Positions 44,033 to 54,160 of a stretch of DNA of 59,410 nt are shown here, piece by piece; the first letter of the stretch is position 1, and each line of letters begins with the position of its first letter. The notes under the pieces are model-generated. The model ran no database searches and had not been told where the DNA came from. It saw only the letters and a program-made list of their open reading frames with translations. Source of the stretch: Candidatus Eiseniibacteriota bacterium (GTDB taxonomy: Bacteria; Eisenbacteria; RBG-16-71-46); NCBI GenBank assembly GCA_963725865.1, contig CAVSAC010000015.1, forward strand, positions 1-59,410, in the 5' to 3' direction. The translations under genes and the position numbers were made by a program.

Positions 44033-45407
44033 GTGTCGAAATTCGACCTCCGAGACATCAGCGAGCGCCTGACCCGCAGCCGGGACACCGAAGCCGTGGT
44101 CCTCGAGTTCCTGGGCTATCTGCAGTCGGTGCGCCCGGATTGGCGCGCGACGCTGGCCTTCTACGAGGTCAGCCGCGACGCCCTCGTGAACGTCTATCAG
44201 CGCGATGGCGGGCGCCTGGTGCGCCGTGACGTGACCCTGCCGGTGGACAACCTGCCGGCCCGACTCGTGCGAAAGTTCTTCCACCCCAGTGCATTCTTCA
44301 ATGCCACCGACCGCCGCTCCTTCCTCAGCCACATGTTCAACTCCTCCCCCTCCTACGAGCCCGACACCGTGGAGGCGCCGAGCCTGCGGGCGCTGACCGC
44401 GCTGCCGAACTGGCAGTCGTGCGTGTGCCTGCCGCTCGCCGACCAGGAGGACATGCTGGCGCTGCTGGTGATCGTCAGCGACAAGCGCGGCGCCTTCGGC
44501 GGGCGCGTGGTCTCCGAGCTCATCCCCGTGAAGAGCCTGGCGGCGCTGGCGCTGGCCCAGCAGCTCTATCGCAACGGCCGCTCCACCGCGACCGCGAGCG
44601 ACGAGCGCCAGGCGCGGGCGGCCGCCGCCGACTTCCAGGACCGCATCCGCCGGCTCACCGAGCACACCTCGACGCTGGAGGAGGAGAACCGCGCCAAGGC
44701 GCAGCGCCTGATCTCGCTCGCCGACGAGCTGGAGACGCTCGATCGCTCCTCCACCGAGTACCGCGCCGAGCTCGACCGCGTGAAGGGACAGCTCAACGCG
44801 CTCGAGGAGCAGTCGGCCTCCGCCACCCAGCACCTGACCGAGGCCTACTCCCAGCTGACCGTGGCGCAGTCGCGGCTCGCCGAGACCCAGCGCACCATCG
44901 GCTTCTTGAAGGAGGTCTTCCAGGTGCTGGCGCAGGAGCACGACGCCGAGGAGTTCCCGCGCACCATGGTGGCGTGGTTCTCGGAGCGCTTCGGGGTCGA
45001 GCGCTGCAGCCTCATGACGCTCGACAGCTCGCGCGAGACCCTCCAGATCGCCGCGCAGCGGGGCATGGACCCGCACCTCGCCGGGCGCGTCAAGGTGCGC
45101 GTCGGCCAGGGCGTGGCGGGCTGGGTCGCGCACAACCGCAAGCCCCTCCACGTGCGGGTGCGCGAGTCGTTCGGTGCACGTGCCCCACGAGGGGACGGAG
45201 CGCCGGGAGGCCTACAACTCGGACTCGTTCGTGTGCGTGCCGCTCACGTTCAACAACCGGCTGTCCGGCGTGCTCAACCTCTCCAACAAGAGCGACGGCG
45301 AGCCGTTCGACGACATGGACCTCGACCGCGCGCTGCTGGCCGGCTCGCTGCTGGCCATGGTGCTGGCGCGTCACGAGAGCGCGCGCCACAGCGCGGCGTG
45401 GTCGTAG
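44033..45407 (+). CDS. GAF-like / coiled-coil / GAF protein with no output domain (frameshift near 45175)
   Basis: Coiled-coil core, then ERCSLM, GQGVAGWVA, SFVCVPL...GVLNLSNK...F...D. Confidence 0.75.
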
Positions 45408-45514
45408 ATGGGTGGATGAAGGGTGGTGGACGGAGGAGCGCTCCTCCGCGGTGGCCGAGGGGCCGGGCTCGCAAGGGCCCGGCCCCGAAGCGTCGCGGCG
45501 CGCGCCGATGAACG

Positions 45515-45544
45515 GAAGGCCCGGTGCGCGAGCACCGGGCCTTC
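45515..45544. terminator. Hairpin between convergent genes
   Basis: gaaggcccggtgc-gcga-gcaccgggccttc. Confidence 0.6.
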
Positions 45545-45570
45545 GCGCTGTCGCGGCTCCCGCGCCGCGC

Positions 45571-46134
45571 CTAGAGCTTCTTCTTCGCCACCACCACGGC
45601 GTCGAGCTGGCTGATCCGCACGCTGCCGTCGAGGTCCGCCCCGCTCGACGGGCCGCGCAGCGAGGTGGTGACCTCGAGGCGGAAGCGGCGCTGGGCGAAC
45701 AGCGCGGCGACCCGGGCATCGCCCTCGAAGTCGGTGACCAGGGTGTCCACCCGACCCGGGGTCAGGTTCACCACGTGGGTGAGCGCCGGCGCGGTGGTGC
45801 GCGGCGCCACGCCCATGTCGCTCATGTAGACGCGCAGGGTGTCGCTGCCCGCGCCGGTCGAGTCACGGGTGATGGTGGCGACCCGCACCGAGACGCTCTG
45901 CACGTCGGCGACGTCGCCGAGCCCGTCGAGCAGATTGACCTCCTGGTCGGGGACCAGCGCCTGCTCGCCGGTCGCGAAGCCGCCGGGGCTCGCCGGCAGC
46001 GGACCGAAGCGCTGCTGGGTCAGCGACGGATCCATGTACGAGAGCACGTCCACCTTGAGCACCAGGGCATGGTCGCCACAGCCCGTCACGGCCGCGAGCG
46101 CCAGCAGCGCGAGCGATGCGCGCAGCGTCCTCAT
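45571..46134 (-). CDS. Lipoprotein of unknown function
   Basis: Lipobox AVTG-C; ATGA overlap with the upstream barrel gene. Confidence 0.7.
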   Translation of the reverse strand: MRTLRASLALLALAAVTGCGDHALVLKVDVLSYMDPSLTQQRFGPLPASPGGFATGEQALVPDQEVNLLDGLGDVADVQSVSVRVATITRDSTGAGSDTLRVYMSDMGVAPRTTAPALTHVVNLTPGRVDTLVTDFEGDARVAALFAQRRFRLEVTTSLRGPSSGADLDGSVRISQLDAVVVAKKKL

Positions 46135-47468
46135 CGCGCCACCTCCTTGGGGTAGAACGCCAGCCCGACGCCGAGGTCGACGCCGCGCTCGCGGGTGAGG
46201 TCGCGACTGTGGGAGGCGACCGCGCCGTCGATGCCGAAGCGGCCGAAGCGCAGCCCGACGCCGCCCGAGCCCTGGAGCATGGCGTTAGCGTCGTACGACG
46301 CGCCGCCGCGCAGCGCGACGCGGCCCAGCCACAGCTCGGCGCCGGCGTGCGCGGTGGTGGCGATGGCGCCCTTCACCACGTCGGCCGCCACCGCCACCGC
46401 GCCGAGCCGCGTCGCGGCGTTGGCGGTGACGGTCACCGGGACCCGGCTGGTGAACGGCACCCCCTCGGCGAGCGTGGTGCGCTGGTAGTCGCCGGTGCTG
46501 TCGCTCACCACCAGCGTCTCGCGCACGCGCCAGTCGATGCGCGTCGCGACGTCGTTGACGCCGAGGCCGAGCTCGACGCCGCTGATCACCGCTACCGCGC
46601 CGAGGTCGAAGCCGTAGCCCATGCCCCCGTCCTCGAAGCGGGCGTCGCGCAGCAGGCCGCGATAGCCGACATCGACGGGATCGGTGCCGAACAGCGTGTC
46701 GCGCGTGGTGAACGAGACCACGTTGTCGGCGTCGCCGTAGACCAGGCCACGCAGCGCCTTGGCGCGCGCGCCGACATAGACCCCGAAGCCGGTGCCGCGC
46801 GGATCGCCGCTCGCGGCGACCGGTCCGGCGTAGCCCAGGGCGATGCCGGCGGCGGCCTGCCCCTTGGCCTTGTCGAACGCCTGGTACCGGGTCTGCGGCA
46901 GGAACGCTTCGCCGTGGGCGAGCGCGCCGTGGAGCGCGTCGTTGAGGCTCAGGTCGTTCTCGTAGTGCACCACGGGGTTCACGGAGACGAACGCGCGCTT
47001 CACGCCGAGCGTGAGCAGCGGCACGTTGGCGACCGCGCCGATGCGCGAGTGGTCGTCGGGGAAGGCGTCCTTGACGTCACCGAGATCGATCGCGAGCGAG
47101 CTCTTGGAGATCGCGATGGTGATGTCGCTCGAAGGCACCGCGGGCTTCACGAGCGGGTAGTTCCAAGGCACGTTGTAGAGCAGGTTCGCGAGCTCGTAGG
47201 CGTTGAACGCGGGGTCCTGCGGGTCCCACTCCGGGGGATCCTGCAGCAGCGGGATGAGCCCGATCGGCAGCGTGAATCCGGAGCTGGCCCGCGCCGGTGC
47301 GGGGACCGCCCGGTAGGCCACGTTGGGGCCTTCGCTGCCCGGTCCGCCGCCGGACAGCAACACGCCACCCATGGCCATGCTTCTTGCGTTCAGCACCTGG
47401 CCCGAGGCCGGGATCGCGGCCAGCATCAGGGCCGCGGCCGGACCGGCGAACGCCTGTCGCCACTTCAT
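46131..47468 (-). CDS. Probable outer-membrane beta-barrel (FadL/PorV/TraF-like)
   Basis: Signal peptide, NARSMAMGG plug motif, GYGFDLG, alternating amphipathic C-terminal strands. Confidence 0.6.
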   Translation of the reverse strand: MKWRQAFAGPAAALMLAAIPASGQVLNARSMAMGGVLLSGGGPGSEGPNVAYRAVPAPARASSGFTLPIGLIPLLQDPPEWDPQDPAFNAYELANLLYNVPWNYPLVKPAVPSSDITIAISKSSLAIDLGDVKDAFPDDHSRIGAVANVPLLTLGVKRAFVSVNPVVHYENDLSLNDALHGALAHGEAFLPQTRYQAFDKAKGQAAAGIALGYAGPVAASGDPRGTGFGVYVGARAKALRGLVYGDADNVVSFTTRDTLFGTDPVDVGYRGLLRDARFEDGGMGYGFDLGAVAVISGVELGLGVNDVATRIDWRVRETLVVSDSTGDYQRTTLAEGVPFTSRVPVTVTANAATRLGAVAVAADVVKGAIATTAHAGAELWLGRVALRGGASYDANAMLQGSGGVGLRFGRFGIDGAVASHSRDLTRERGVDLGVGLAFYPKEVAR

Positions 47469-47681
47469 GTTGGATCGCCTCCGTACGAGTCGTGGACGGT
47501 CCGGGAGGGGGCCGGGGCTGGGAGAACCGCGCCATCCTCTGCATGGACCGAGCCACGCGTGCTCCTGGCGCGGCCGTGCCGGCGTCAGCGCAGACCCCGG
47601 ATCGGACCCTCCGGCGGCGGGACCGGGCGAGTGCGGGACGGGCACGGCGCCCGGGCGCGCGTGGGCCGGCGTGCGCCCACA

Positions 47682-47803
47682 CCGCGTCCGCACGGCGCGG
47701 CAGCGGCCGGCGGGGCCAGCGCCGGCGCTTCAGGCGCGCGCCGCGTCCGCACGGCGCGGCGGCGGCCGGCGGGGCCAGCTAGCGCTGGCGCTTCAGGCGC
47801 GCG
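47682..47803. repeat. About 60-bp tandem duplication spanning the 3' end of the NUDIX gene
   Basis: ccgcgtccgcacggcgcggcRgcggccggcggggccagc...gcgcttcaggcgcgcg occurs twice. Confidence 0.7.
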
Positions 47804-48297
47804 CGCAACTCCTCGAGCGCGCGCCGGTGCGCGTGGAACGCGATCGAGCGCGGCAGGCGCGCGAGCGGGTACCACCGCGTCTCGATGGCGTCGTCGCCGG
47901 GCACCAGGCGCCCGCCGATGCGCTCGGCGGTGTAGAGGATGAGCACCGCGCGCACGCGCGGGTCGTCGAAGCCGGCGTACACGCCGAACAGTCCGGTGAG
48001 GCGGATCTCGAGCCCGGTCTCCTCGCGGGTCTCGCGCACCGCGCAGTGTTCGGGGGTCTCGCCGTACTCCATGAAGCCCGCCGGCAGGCACCACGCGCCG
48101 GCGCGCGGCTCGAAGCGCCGCTTCACGAGCAGCACCTCGCCGTCGCGCTCGATCAGCACGCCGGCCGCGGGAGCGGGGTTGCGGTAGTGGACCCAGCCGC
48201 ACGCCGGGCACGTCGGACGCGGATGGCCGTTGTCGTCACGGCTCACCAGCGCGGCGCCGCAGCGCAGGCAGAAGCGGGACCTTCGGAGCGCAGGCAT
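47779..48297 (-). CDS. NUDIX hydrolase with N-terminal Zn ribbon
   Basis: FCLRCG, CPACGWVHYRNP, Nudix box G.MEYGET...AVRETREETGL. Confidence 0.92.
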   Translation of the reverse strand: MPALRRSRFCLRCGAALVSRDDNGHPRPTCPACGWVHYRNPAPAAGVLIERDGEVLLVKRRFEPRAGAWCLPAGFMEYGETPEHCAVRETREETGLEIRLTGLFGVYAGFDDPRVRAVLILYTAERIGGRLVPGDDAIETRWYPLARLPRSIAFHAHRRALEELRARLKRQR

Positions 48298-48346
48298 GGA
48301 GCGCGCACGGTACGCGGCGGCGCGCGGGGCGCGCAAGGGCGGCCGG

Positions 48347-48377
48347 GAAGAAGAAGGGCCCGGCATCGCCGGGCCCT
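48347..48377 (-). terminator. Intrinsic terminator after the PDZ gene
   Basis: Minus strand agggcccggc-gat-gccgggccct followed by tcttcttc. Confidence 0.6.
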
Positions 48378-48498
48378 GTGTGCCGCCGCCGGGTGGAGCG
48401 CCGCGCTGCACCGGCCAGTTCGTGCTACGCCCCTGTTCCAGCGCACCGTGAGGTGCGGAACGGTCGGATCGGCGCTCCCCCGCGCGGCAGCGGTCCGT

Positions 48499-49668
48499 CT
48501 ACCTCCTGCGAGACGCTTCCAGCTCGCTGCGGAGTCGCTGCACCTCCTGGCGCAGCTCCCGCAGCTGATCGCGCATGTCCCCGAGGTCCCCGCCACCCGG
48601 CGCCGGCGCTTCGGGCGCAAGGCGGTCATCCTCGCTGTCCATCCGCACGCGGCGCGGCGCGAGGCGCTCGAGCTCCGGCTCCAGCGTCAGCGTCCGGCCC
48701 TTGCGGACCAGCGTGACCTCGGTCTTGCCCTCTTTACCCTGCAGGGCCTTCACCAGGTCCGAGGAATCCTCGATCCGTGCATCCTCGACTCGCGTGATCA
48801 CGTCGCCCGCCTTGAGCCCCGCGCGCTCGGCGGGTGTGTCCTTCATCACCTCCATGACGAGCGCGCCGCGCCCGTCGGGCACCTCGAAGTACTCGCCGAG
48901 CTGGGCGTTCAGGTCCTGCACCTGCACCCCCAGCCTGCCGCGGCCAAGTCCGACCCACATGTCGTGGGGTGCGCCGGGCGCCATCGGGCCGACCGGCTTG
49001 TCGAAGCGGAACGTCCGCACGCGGCCGCCCTCGCGCAGGGCCTCGAGCCCGGAGAGATCGGGGATCTGGATGTCCATGTCGCCGGGGCCGTGGCCGCGCC
49101 GGATGATCCGGATCCGCTTCTCGCCCGACGGGGTGCGGAACTCGCGCACGGTCTCGCGGCCCTCGCCCGGCGTGTCGTCGTCGGACTCGCCGGAGTCGCC
49201 GCGCACGATGACGCGGCGCTCGCCCGGCAGGTCGCCGCGCATCTCGCGGGTCGACTCGCGCTGCGGCGCCATCGAGCCCGGGTCGCTCGGCCGCTGGCCG
49301 AGCTGGGCGGTCAGCACGCGCGTGTTCTCGCCGCGCCGTACCTCGAGCGTGATGTTCTGGCCCACGCTCGCGTCGCGCACCAGGTCGATCAGCGCCTCCG
49401 CGGACGCCACCGGCTTGGAGGCGAAGCGCGTGATGATGTCGCCCTTGAGCACGCCGGCGCGGTCCGCGGGGCTGCCCTCGATGACCCGGCTCACCAGCGC
49501 GCCCTCGCCGGTCAGGTCCATGGCCTCGCGCAGCTGGTCGTCCACGGTCTGCGTGTACACGCCGAGCCACGGCGCGGCGCTCGCATCGTCGGCCGCACGC
49601 GCCGTGCGTGCGGCGGCCGGTGCGAGCGCGAGCAGCGCGAGCGCGAAGATGGTGGTGATCTTTCGCAT
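48499..49668 (-). CDS. Exported tandem-PDZ protein without a protease domain
   Basis: Signal peptide, PWLGV...GSPADRAG..GDII and GRLGV...TPAERAGLKAGDVI, C-terminal coiled coil. Confidence 0.85.
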   Translation of the reverse strand: MRKITTIFALALLALAPAAARTARAADDASAAPWLGVYTQTVDDQLREAMDLTGEGALVSRVIEGSPADRAGVLKGDIITRFASKPVASAEALIDLVRDASVGQNITLEVRRGENTRVLTAQLGQRPSDPGSMAPQRESTREMRGDLPGERRVIVRGDSGESDDDTPGEGRETVREFRTPSGEKRIRIIRRGHGPGDMDIQIPDLSGLEALREGGRVRTFRFDKPVGPMAPGAPHDMWVGLGRGRLGVQVQDLNAQLGEYFEVPDGRGALVMEVMKDTPAERAGLKAGDVITRVEDARIEDSSDLVKALQGKEGKTEVTLVRKGRTLTLEPELERLAPRRVRMDSEDDRLAPEAPAPGGGDLGDMRDQLRELRQEVQRLRSELEASRRR

Positions 49669-49804
49669 CGTCTCTCCCCCTGTGCTAGCGTCCCTTCGGA
49701 CTCCGCGATCAGGGTCGCAACGGGAACAACCCGTCGCCGCGCGACCCGGTTCCTGGAAAGTCGCTCACCCTGACCTCCGACCCGTTAGACACGCGCCCGC
49801 CCCG

Positions 49805-51184
49805 ATGAAGGTCAACGACCTGTCAAACCTCCATGTGGACGACCTCGCCCTCGGCGGCAAGGCGCTCGCGCGCCACGAGGGTCGGGCGGTGTTCGTGGAC
49901 CGCGGCCTCCCGGGCGACCAGGTCGAGGCGCGCATCACCCGGGTCAAGCGCGGCTGGGCCGAGGCGCGCCTGGAGCGCGTGCTCGAGTCCTCCCCGCTGC
50001 GCATCGCGGCGCCGTGTCCGCACGTGGCGCAGTGCGGCGGCTGCCGCGTCCCCCAGGACCTCGCCTACGACGAGCAGCTGCGCCTGAAGGAGAAGCAGGT
50101 GCGCGACACGCTCGTGCACCTCGGCGGCGTGAGCGATCCGCTGGTGCACGCGATCGAGCCCGCGCCCGAGACCTTCCACTACCGGAACAAGATGGAGTTC
50201 GCCATCTTCCCCGCCGCCCACGGCTCGCCGCGGGTGGGGCTGCACGAGCGCGGCTCCTTCGACCGGCTGTTCGCGCTCGAGACCTGCCTGCTGCCGAGTC
50301 CGCTCACGGTCGAGATCGTGCGCGCGACCCAGCGCATCGCCCTCGAGCAGCGCTGGCGCGCGTGGCACCCGCGCCGCCACGACGGCGTGGCGCGCCACCT
50401 GGTGGTGCGCCACCTGCCGCTCACGCGGGAGTGCGCGGTGAACCTGGTCGCCACCTCGGACGACCTGCCCGGCCTCGAGGCATGGGCGCACGCGATCGCG
50501 GCGCTCGGTCCCGAGGTGAAGAGCGTCACGCTCGGCCTCAACCGCCAGCGCGCCGGCGTGGCGTTCAACGACGAGACCCGCGTGCTCGCCGGGCGCGAGG
50601 TCATCGTCGAGCGCCTGCTCGGCCTCGAGTTCTCGGCCACGCCCAACGCGTTCCTGCAGACCAACAGCCGCCAGGCCGAGCGGCTCTACGCCGCCGCGCT
50701 CGCCGCAGCCGGGGACGTGTCGGGCGACACGGTGATCGACCTGTACTGCGGCACCGGCACGCTCACGCTGCTGTTCGCGCGCGCCTGCCGCGAGGCGATC
50801 GGGGTCGAGAGCGTGACCGACGCGGTCGCGGGTGCGCGCCGCAACGCCGCGCGCAACGGCATCTCCAACGCGCGCTTCGTCGAGGGCGAGGCGCGCCGGG
50901 TGCTGCGCGAGTGGGCGCGCGGCGAGCGCGACGGCCGGCCCGCGGCCGGCGTGGTGGTGGTGGATCCGCCGCGCGCCGGACTCCACCCGCGGGTGGTGAC
51001 GCGCGTCACCGAGCTGATGCCGCGGCGCATCGTGTACGTGTCGTGCAATCCGGCGACCCTGGCGCGCGACGTGAAGGACTTCGCCGCGCAGGGCTACGCG
51101 CTCGCCGAGACGCGCCCGTTCGACATGTTCCCGCACACCCCGCACATCGAGTGCGTGGCGCGCCTCGAGCGCGCCGAGCGCTGA
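49805..51184 (+). CDS. rlmD: 23S rRNA (uracil-5)-methyltransferase
   Basis: TRAM domain, CPH...CGGC, YRNK, FLQTN, DLYCGTG, DPPRAG, YVSCNPATLARD, DMFPHTPHIE. Confidence 0.93.
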   Translation: MKVNDLSNLHVDDLALGGKALARHEGRAVFVDRGLPGDQVEARITRVKRGWAEARLERVLESSPLRIAAPCPHVAQCGGCRVPQDLAYDEQLRLKEKQVRDTLVHLGGVSDPLVHAIEPAPETFHYRNKMEFAIFPAAHGSPRVGLHERGSFDRLFALETCLLPSPLTVEIVRATQRIALEQRWRAWHPRRHDGVARHLVVRHLPLTRECAVNLVATSDDLPGLEAWAHAIAALGPEVKSVTLGLNRQRAGVAFNDETRVLAGREVIVERLLGLEFSATPNAFLQTNSRQAERLYAAALAAAGDVSGDTVIDLYCGTGTLTLLFARACREAIGVESVTDAVAGARRNAARNGISNARFVEGEARRVLREWARGERDGRPAAGVVVVDPPRAGLHPRVVTRVTELMPRRIVYVSCNPATLARDVKDFAAQGYALAETRPFDMFPHTPHIECVARLERAER

Positions 51185-51257
51185 GCGCGGCCGACGGCGC
51201 CTCGGCCAGCCGGAGCCGCGGGGCACGGTCGCGCGCGCCGCGGGGCGGCGTCCGACG

Positions 51258-51695
51258 TCAGTAACCCGCCGCCCTCCAGGCCTGCATGCCCCCCGTCATG
51301 TTGTGGGCGCCCTTGAAGCCGCGCGACTCGAGGAGCTCGGCCGCCTGGTGGCTGCGCTGGCCGACGCGACAGACCACGATCACGGGCCGGTCCTTCCACG
51401 TCTCGATCTCGGCGACGCGCCGGTCGAGCTCCGGCAGCGGGATCAGGCGCGCCTGCGGGATGTGACCGAGGTCGTCGTCCCATTCGGACGGGTTGCGCAC
51501 ATCGAGCACCAGCAGCGTGCTATCGGCCTCGATCATCCGCTTCGCCTCGGCGGGCGTGATGGCGCCCGAGGTGGGTGCGCGCCCGAGCGCAGGGACACCT
51601 CGCCCCCGGTGCCGCCCGAGCCTCCGCAGCCGGCGACCAAGAGCAGTGCCGCCACGAGGGCGGCGTGACGCGCTGTGCTAACCTTGATGGTCATG
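51258..51695 (-). CDS. Rhodanese-domain lipoprotein (frameshift near 51580; start uncertain)
   Basis: LVAGC lipobox upstream; LDVR...E..GHIPQA, VVCRVGQRS, MTGGM.AW. Confidence 0.75.
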
Positions 51696-52442
51696 AACGA
51701 CCTCCTTCGCACCTTTGCGGCCAGCACGCTGCTCGCCGTCCTCCTCGCCCCCGCGGTGGCGCGCGGCGAAGGCGTGCCCGTGGACCAGGGCACGCTCCGG
51801 ATGACGATCGGCGGCCGTCCCCGCGGCATCGAGAAGTTCTCGTACGGGCGCTTCACCGACAGCCTCGTGATCCAGTCCGAAGTCTATCAGACGATCGCGA
51901 CCTCGGAAGGGCCCGACACGCTGCGCAAGCAGATGCGGCTGATCGTGGACGCGAACGACCTCGGGCTCAAGAAGTACACGTCGGTGCAGACGCTGCGCGG
52001 GCACACGCTCACGCGCTCGGTGGTGCCGCGCGACAGCGCGCTGTCGTCGTACCGCGAGTTCGACGGCCGCGGCGAAGGCGACTTCTTCGCGCTGCCCCCC
52101 GGTCGCCTGTTCGTGATGGACGGTGCGATGTTCACGCTCTTCGACCACATGTGTCGCTCGCTCGTGGGGCAGACCTTCACCTCGCGGCCGCTGAACCTGT
52201 TCGCGCTCGGACCGCGCGATTCATTGTTCGAGGGCACGGTGCGCGACCTCGGCGCCGACACGCTGCGCTGGGGCGGACGGGCGGTGCGGGCGCGCCGGCT
52301 GCAGTTCGCCGACGGCAACATGCACTACGACGTCTGGGCCGACCCCAGCGGGCGCATGCTGCGCCTCGAGCAGCCCGACTTCGGCGTGCGCATCGAGCGC
52401 GACGCGCCGGCGATCAAGCGCCGCGCGCCACGCCCGCGCTGA
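51693..52442 (+). CDS. Exported hypothetical beta-rich protein
   Basis: Signal-like N-terminus and host-like codon usage. Confidence 0.65.
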   Translation: MNDLLRTFAASTLLAVLLAPAVARGEGVPVDQGTLRMTIGGRPRGIEKFSYGRFTDSLVIQSEVYQTIATSEGPDTLRKQMRLIVDANDLGLKKYTSVQTLRGHTLTRSVVPRDSALSSYREFDGRGEGDFFALPPGRLFVMDGAMFTLFDHMCRSLVGQTFTSRPLNLFALGPRDSLFEGTVRDLGADTLRWGGRAVRARRLQFADGNMHYDVWADPSGRMLRLEQPDFGVRIERDAPAIKRRAPRPR

Positions 52443-53925
52443 GCCACTCCAGCAGCAGGCGCACCCCGAACCCGGTCGGTCCGCGGCCCTCGTGCGGTCG
52501 GTCGATCGGCGACCAGGCGGTGCTGGCGATGTCGAGGTGCGCCCAGCGCAGCCCACGCGAGAAGTGCTGCAGGAACACCGCCGCGCTCACCGCGCCGCCC
52601 TCGGCCTTGCCCGAGGCGTTCACCAGGTCGGCGGTGTCGCTCTTGAGGTCCGCCGCGCTCTCCTCCCACAGCGGCATGCGCCACACCCGCTCGGCGCTGC
52701 GCGCCGCGGCGGCCTCGAGCGAGGCCGCGAGCGCGTCGTCGGGCGTGAACAGCCCCGCCGCCTGGTGGCCGAGCGCGACCGAGATCGCGCCGGTCAACGT
52801 GGCCAGGTCCACCACCGCCGCGGGCCGGTAGCGCTTCGCGTAGCCGAGCGCGTCGGCGAGCACCAGGCGGCCCTCGGCGTCGGTGTTGGTGATCTCGATG
52901 GTGGCGCCGCCGAGCGCGCGCACCACGTCGCCGGGCTTGAGCGCGCGGCCGCCGGGCATGTTCTCGGCGGTGGGGATGAGCCCGATCACGCGCAGCGGCG
53001 GAGCCAGCGCGGGCAGCGCCGCGAACGTGCCCAGCACCGCGGCCGCGCCCGACATGTCGTACTTCATCTTCTGCATGCCGTCGCGCGGCTTGAGCGAGAT
53101 GCCGCCGGTGTCGAAGGTGATGCCCTTGCCGATGAGCACCACAGTGGGCAGCTTCGCGCCGGCGCCGCGCGGGGCGCGCTCGAGCACGATGAAGCGCGGC
53201 GGGTGCGCGCTGCCGCGTCCGACCGCGAGCACGCACCCCATGCCGAGGCGCTCCATCTGCGCGACGTCGAGCACGGTGCAGCGCGCCCCGGCGCCGCGCG
53301 CGATCTCCTTCGCGCGCTCGGCGAGGCGCGCGGGCGTCAGGTCCTGGCCCGGCGTCGAGGCGAGGTCACGCGCCAGGCAGGTGCCCTCGGCGAAGCGCAC
53401 CCCGCGCTCGAAGGCGGGCTTCATGGCCTTGAGCATCGCGGCCTCGGGGACGAGCACGTCGATGCGGCGCAGCGACACCGGTGCGGGATCGCTGCGGTAG
53501 GCGCTGTGGCGGTAGTGGCCGAGCACCAGGCCCTCGGCCACCGCCTGGGCGGCGACTGCGGGATCGAGCCCGCCGCGCCCGGCGCCGTGCACCACGGTGG
53601 CGAGCCGGCGCGCGCCCAGCTCGCGCGCCCGGCGCGCCATGATCGCGGCAGCCTGGCGCATGCGCTGCGGGTCGAGTGCGGCGGCCCTGCCGAGGCCGAC
53701 CAGCACCAGGCGCGGCGCGGGCCCGGCACCGGGGTGCACCACCGCGGTCTCGAGGAAGCGGCCGCGGAAGTCGCCGCTCGCCAGCAGCGCGGCGATGGCG
53801 CCGCGCGCGGCGCGGTCGACGGCGGCCGCGGCGCCGCTCGGCGGCTTCGCGTCCTGCAGGATGCCGAGCGCCACCGCGCCCGTCGGCCGCGCGGCGATGT
53901 CGCCGCGCCGCAGGGTGATCTCCAT
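52414..53925 (-). CDS. pepA: Leucyl aminopeptidase (M17)
   Basis: GKGITFDTGGISLK, MKYDMSGAA, ENMPGG, NTDAEGRLVLAD, DLATLTGA, WAHLDIA. Confidence 0.93.
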   Translation of the reverse strand: MEITLRRGDIAARPTGAVALGILQDAKPPSGAAAAVDRAARGAIAALLASGDFRGRFLETAVVHPGAGPAPRLVLVGLGRAAALDPQRMRQAAAIMARRARELGARRLATVVHGAGRGGLDPAVAAQAVAEGLVLGHYRHSAYRSDPAPVSLRRIDVLVPEAAMLKAMKPAFERGVRFAEGTCLARDLASTPGQDLTPARLAERAKEIARGAGARCTVLDVAQMERLGMGCVLAVGRGSAHPPRFIVLERAPRGAGAKLPTVVLIGKGITFDTGGISLKPRDGMQKMKYDMSGAAAVLGTFAALPALAPPLRVIGLIPTAENMPGGRALKPGDVVRALGGATIEITNTDAEGRLVLADALGYAKRYRPAAVVDLATLTGAISVALGHQAAGLFTPDDALAASLEAAAARSAERVWRMPLWEESAADLKSDTADLVNASGKAEGGAVSAAVFLQHFSRGLRWAHLDIASTAWSPIDRPHEGRGPTGFGVRLLLEWLSAGVARGA

Positions 53926-54160
53926 CGGTCGGTTCCTTTCGCTCGTCGGATCGGGTGGGGCGTCGAGCCGGCAGGGTAGCGGAAGCGCCCCGCGCGCCCA
54001 ATCGGCAGGGCGCCATCCGCTTCGCGGGGCGGCCTTGCCATTCCGCGCGCCTGACGGCACACTCCCGGCGCTTGTCGGCTCCCCCGCCGAGCGCAGGGAC
54101 GCGCACCCGGACGCGACCACGGACCCCGGCCCCATCGGGCGAACGCAAGGAGTGGACACC

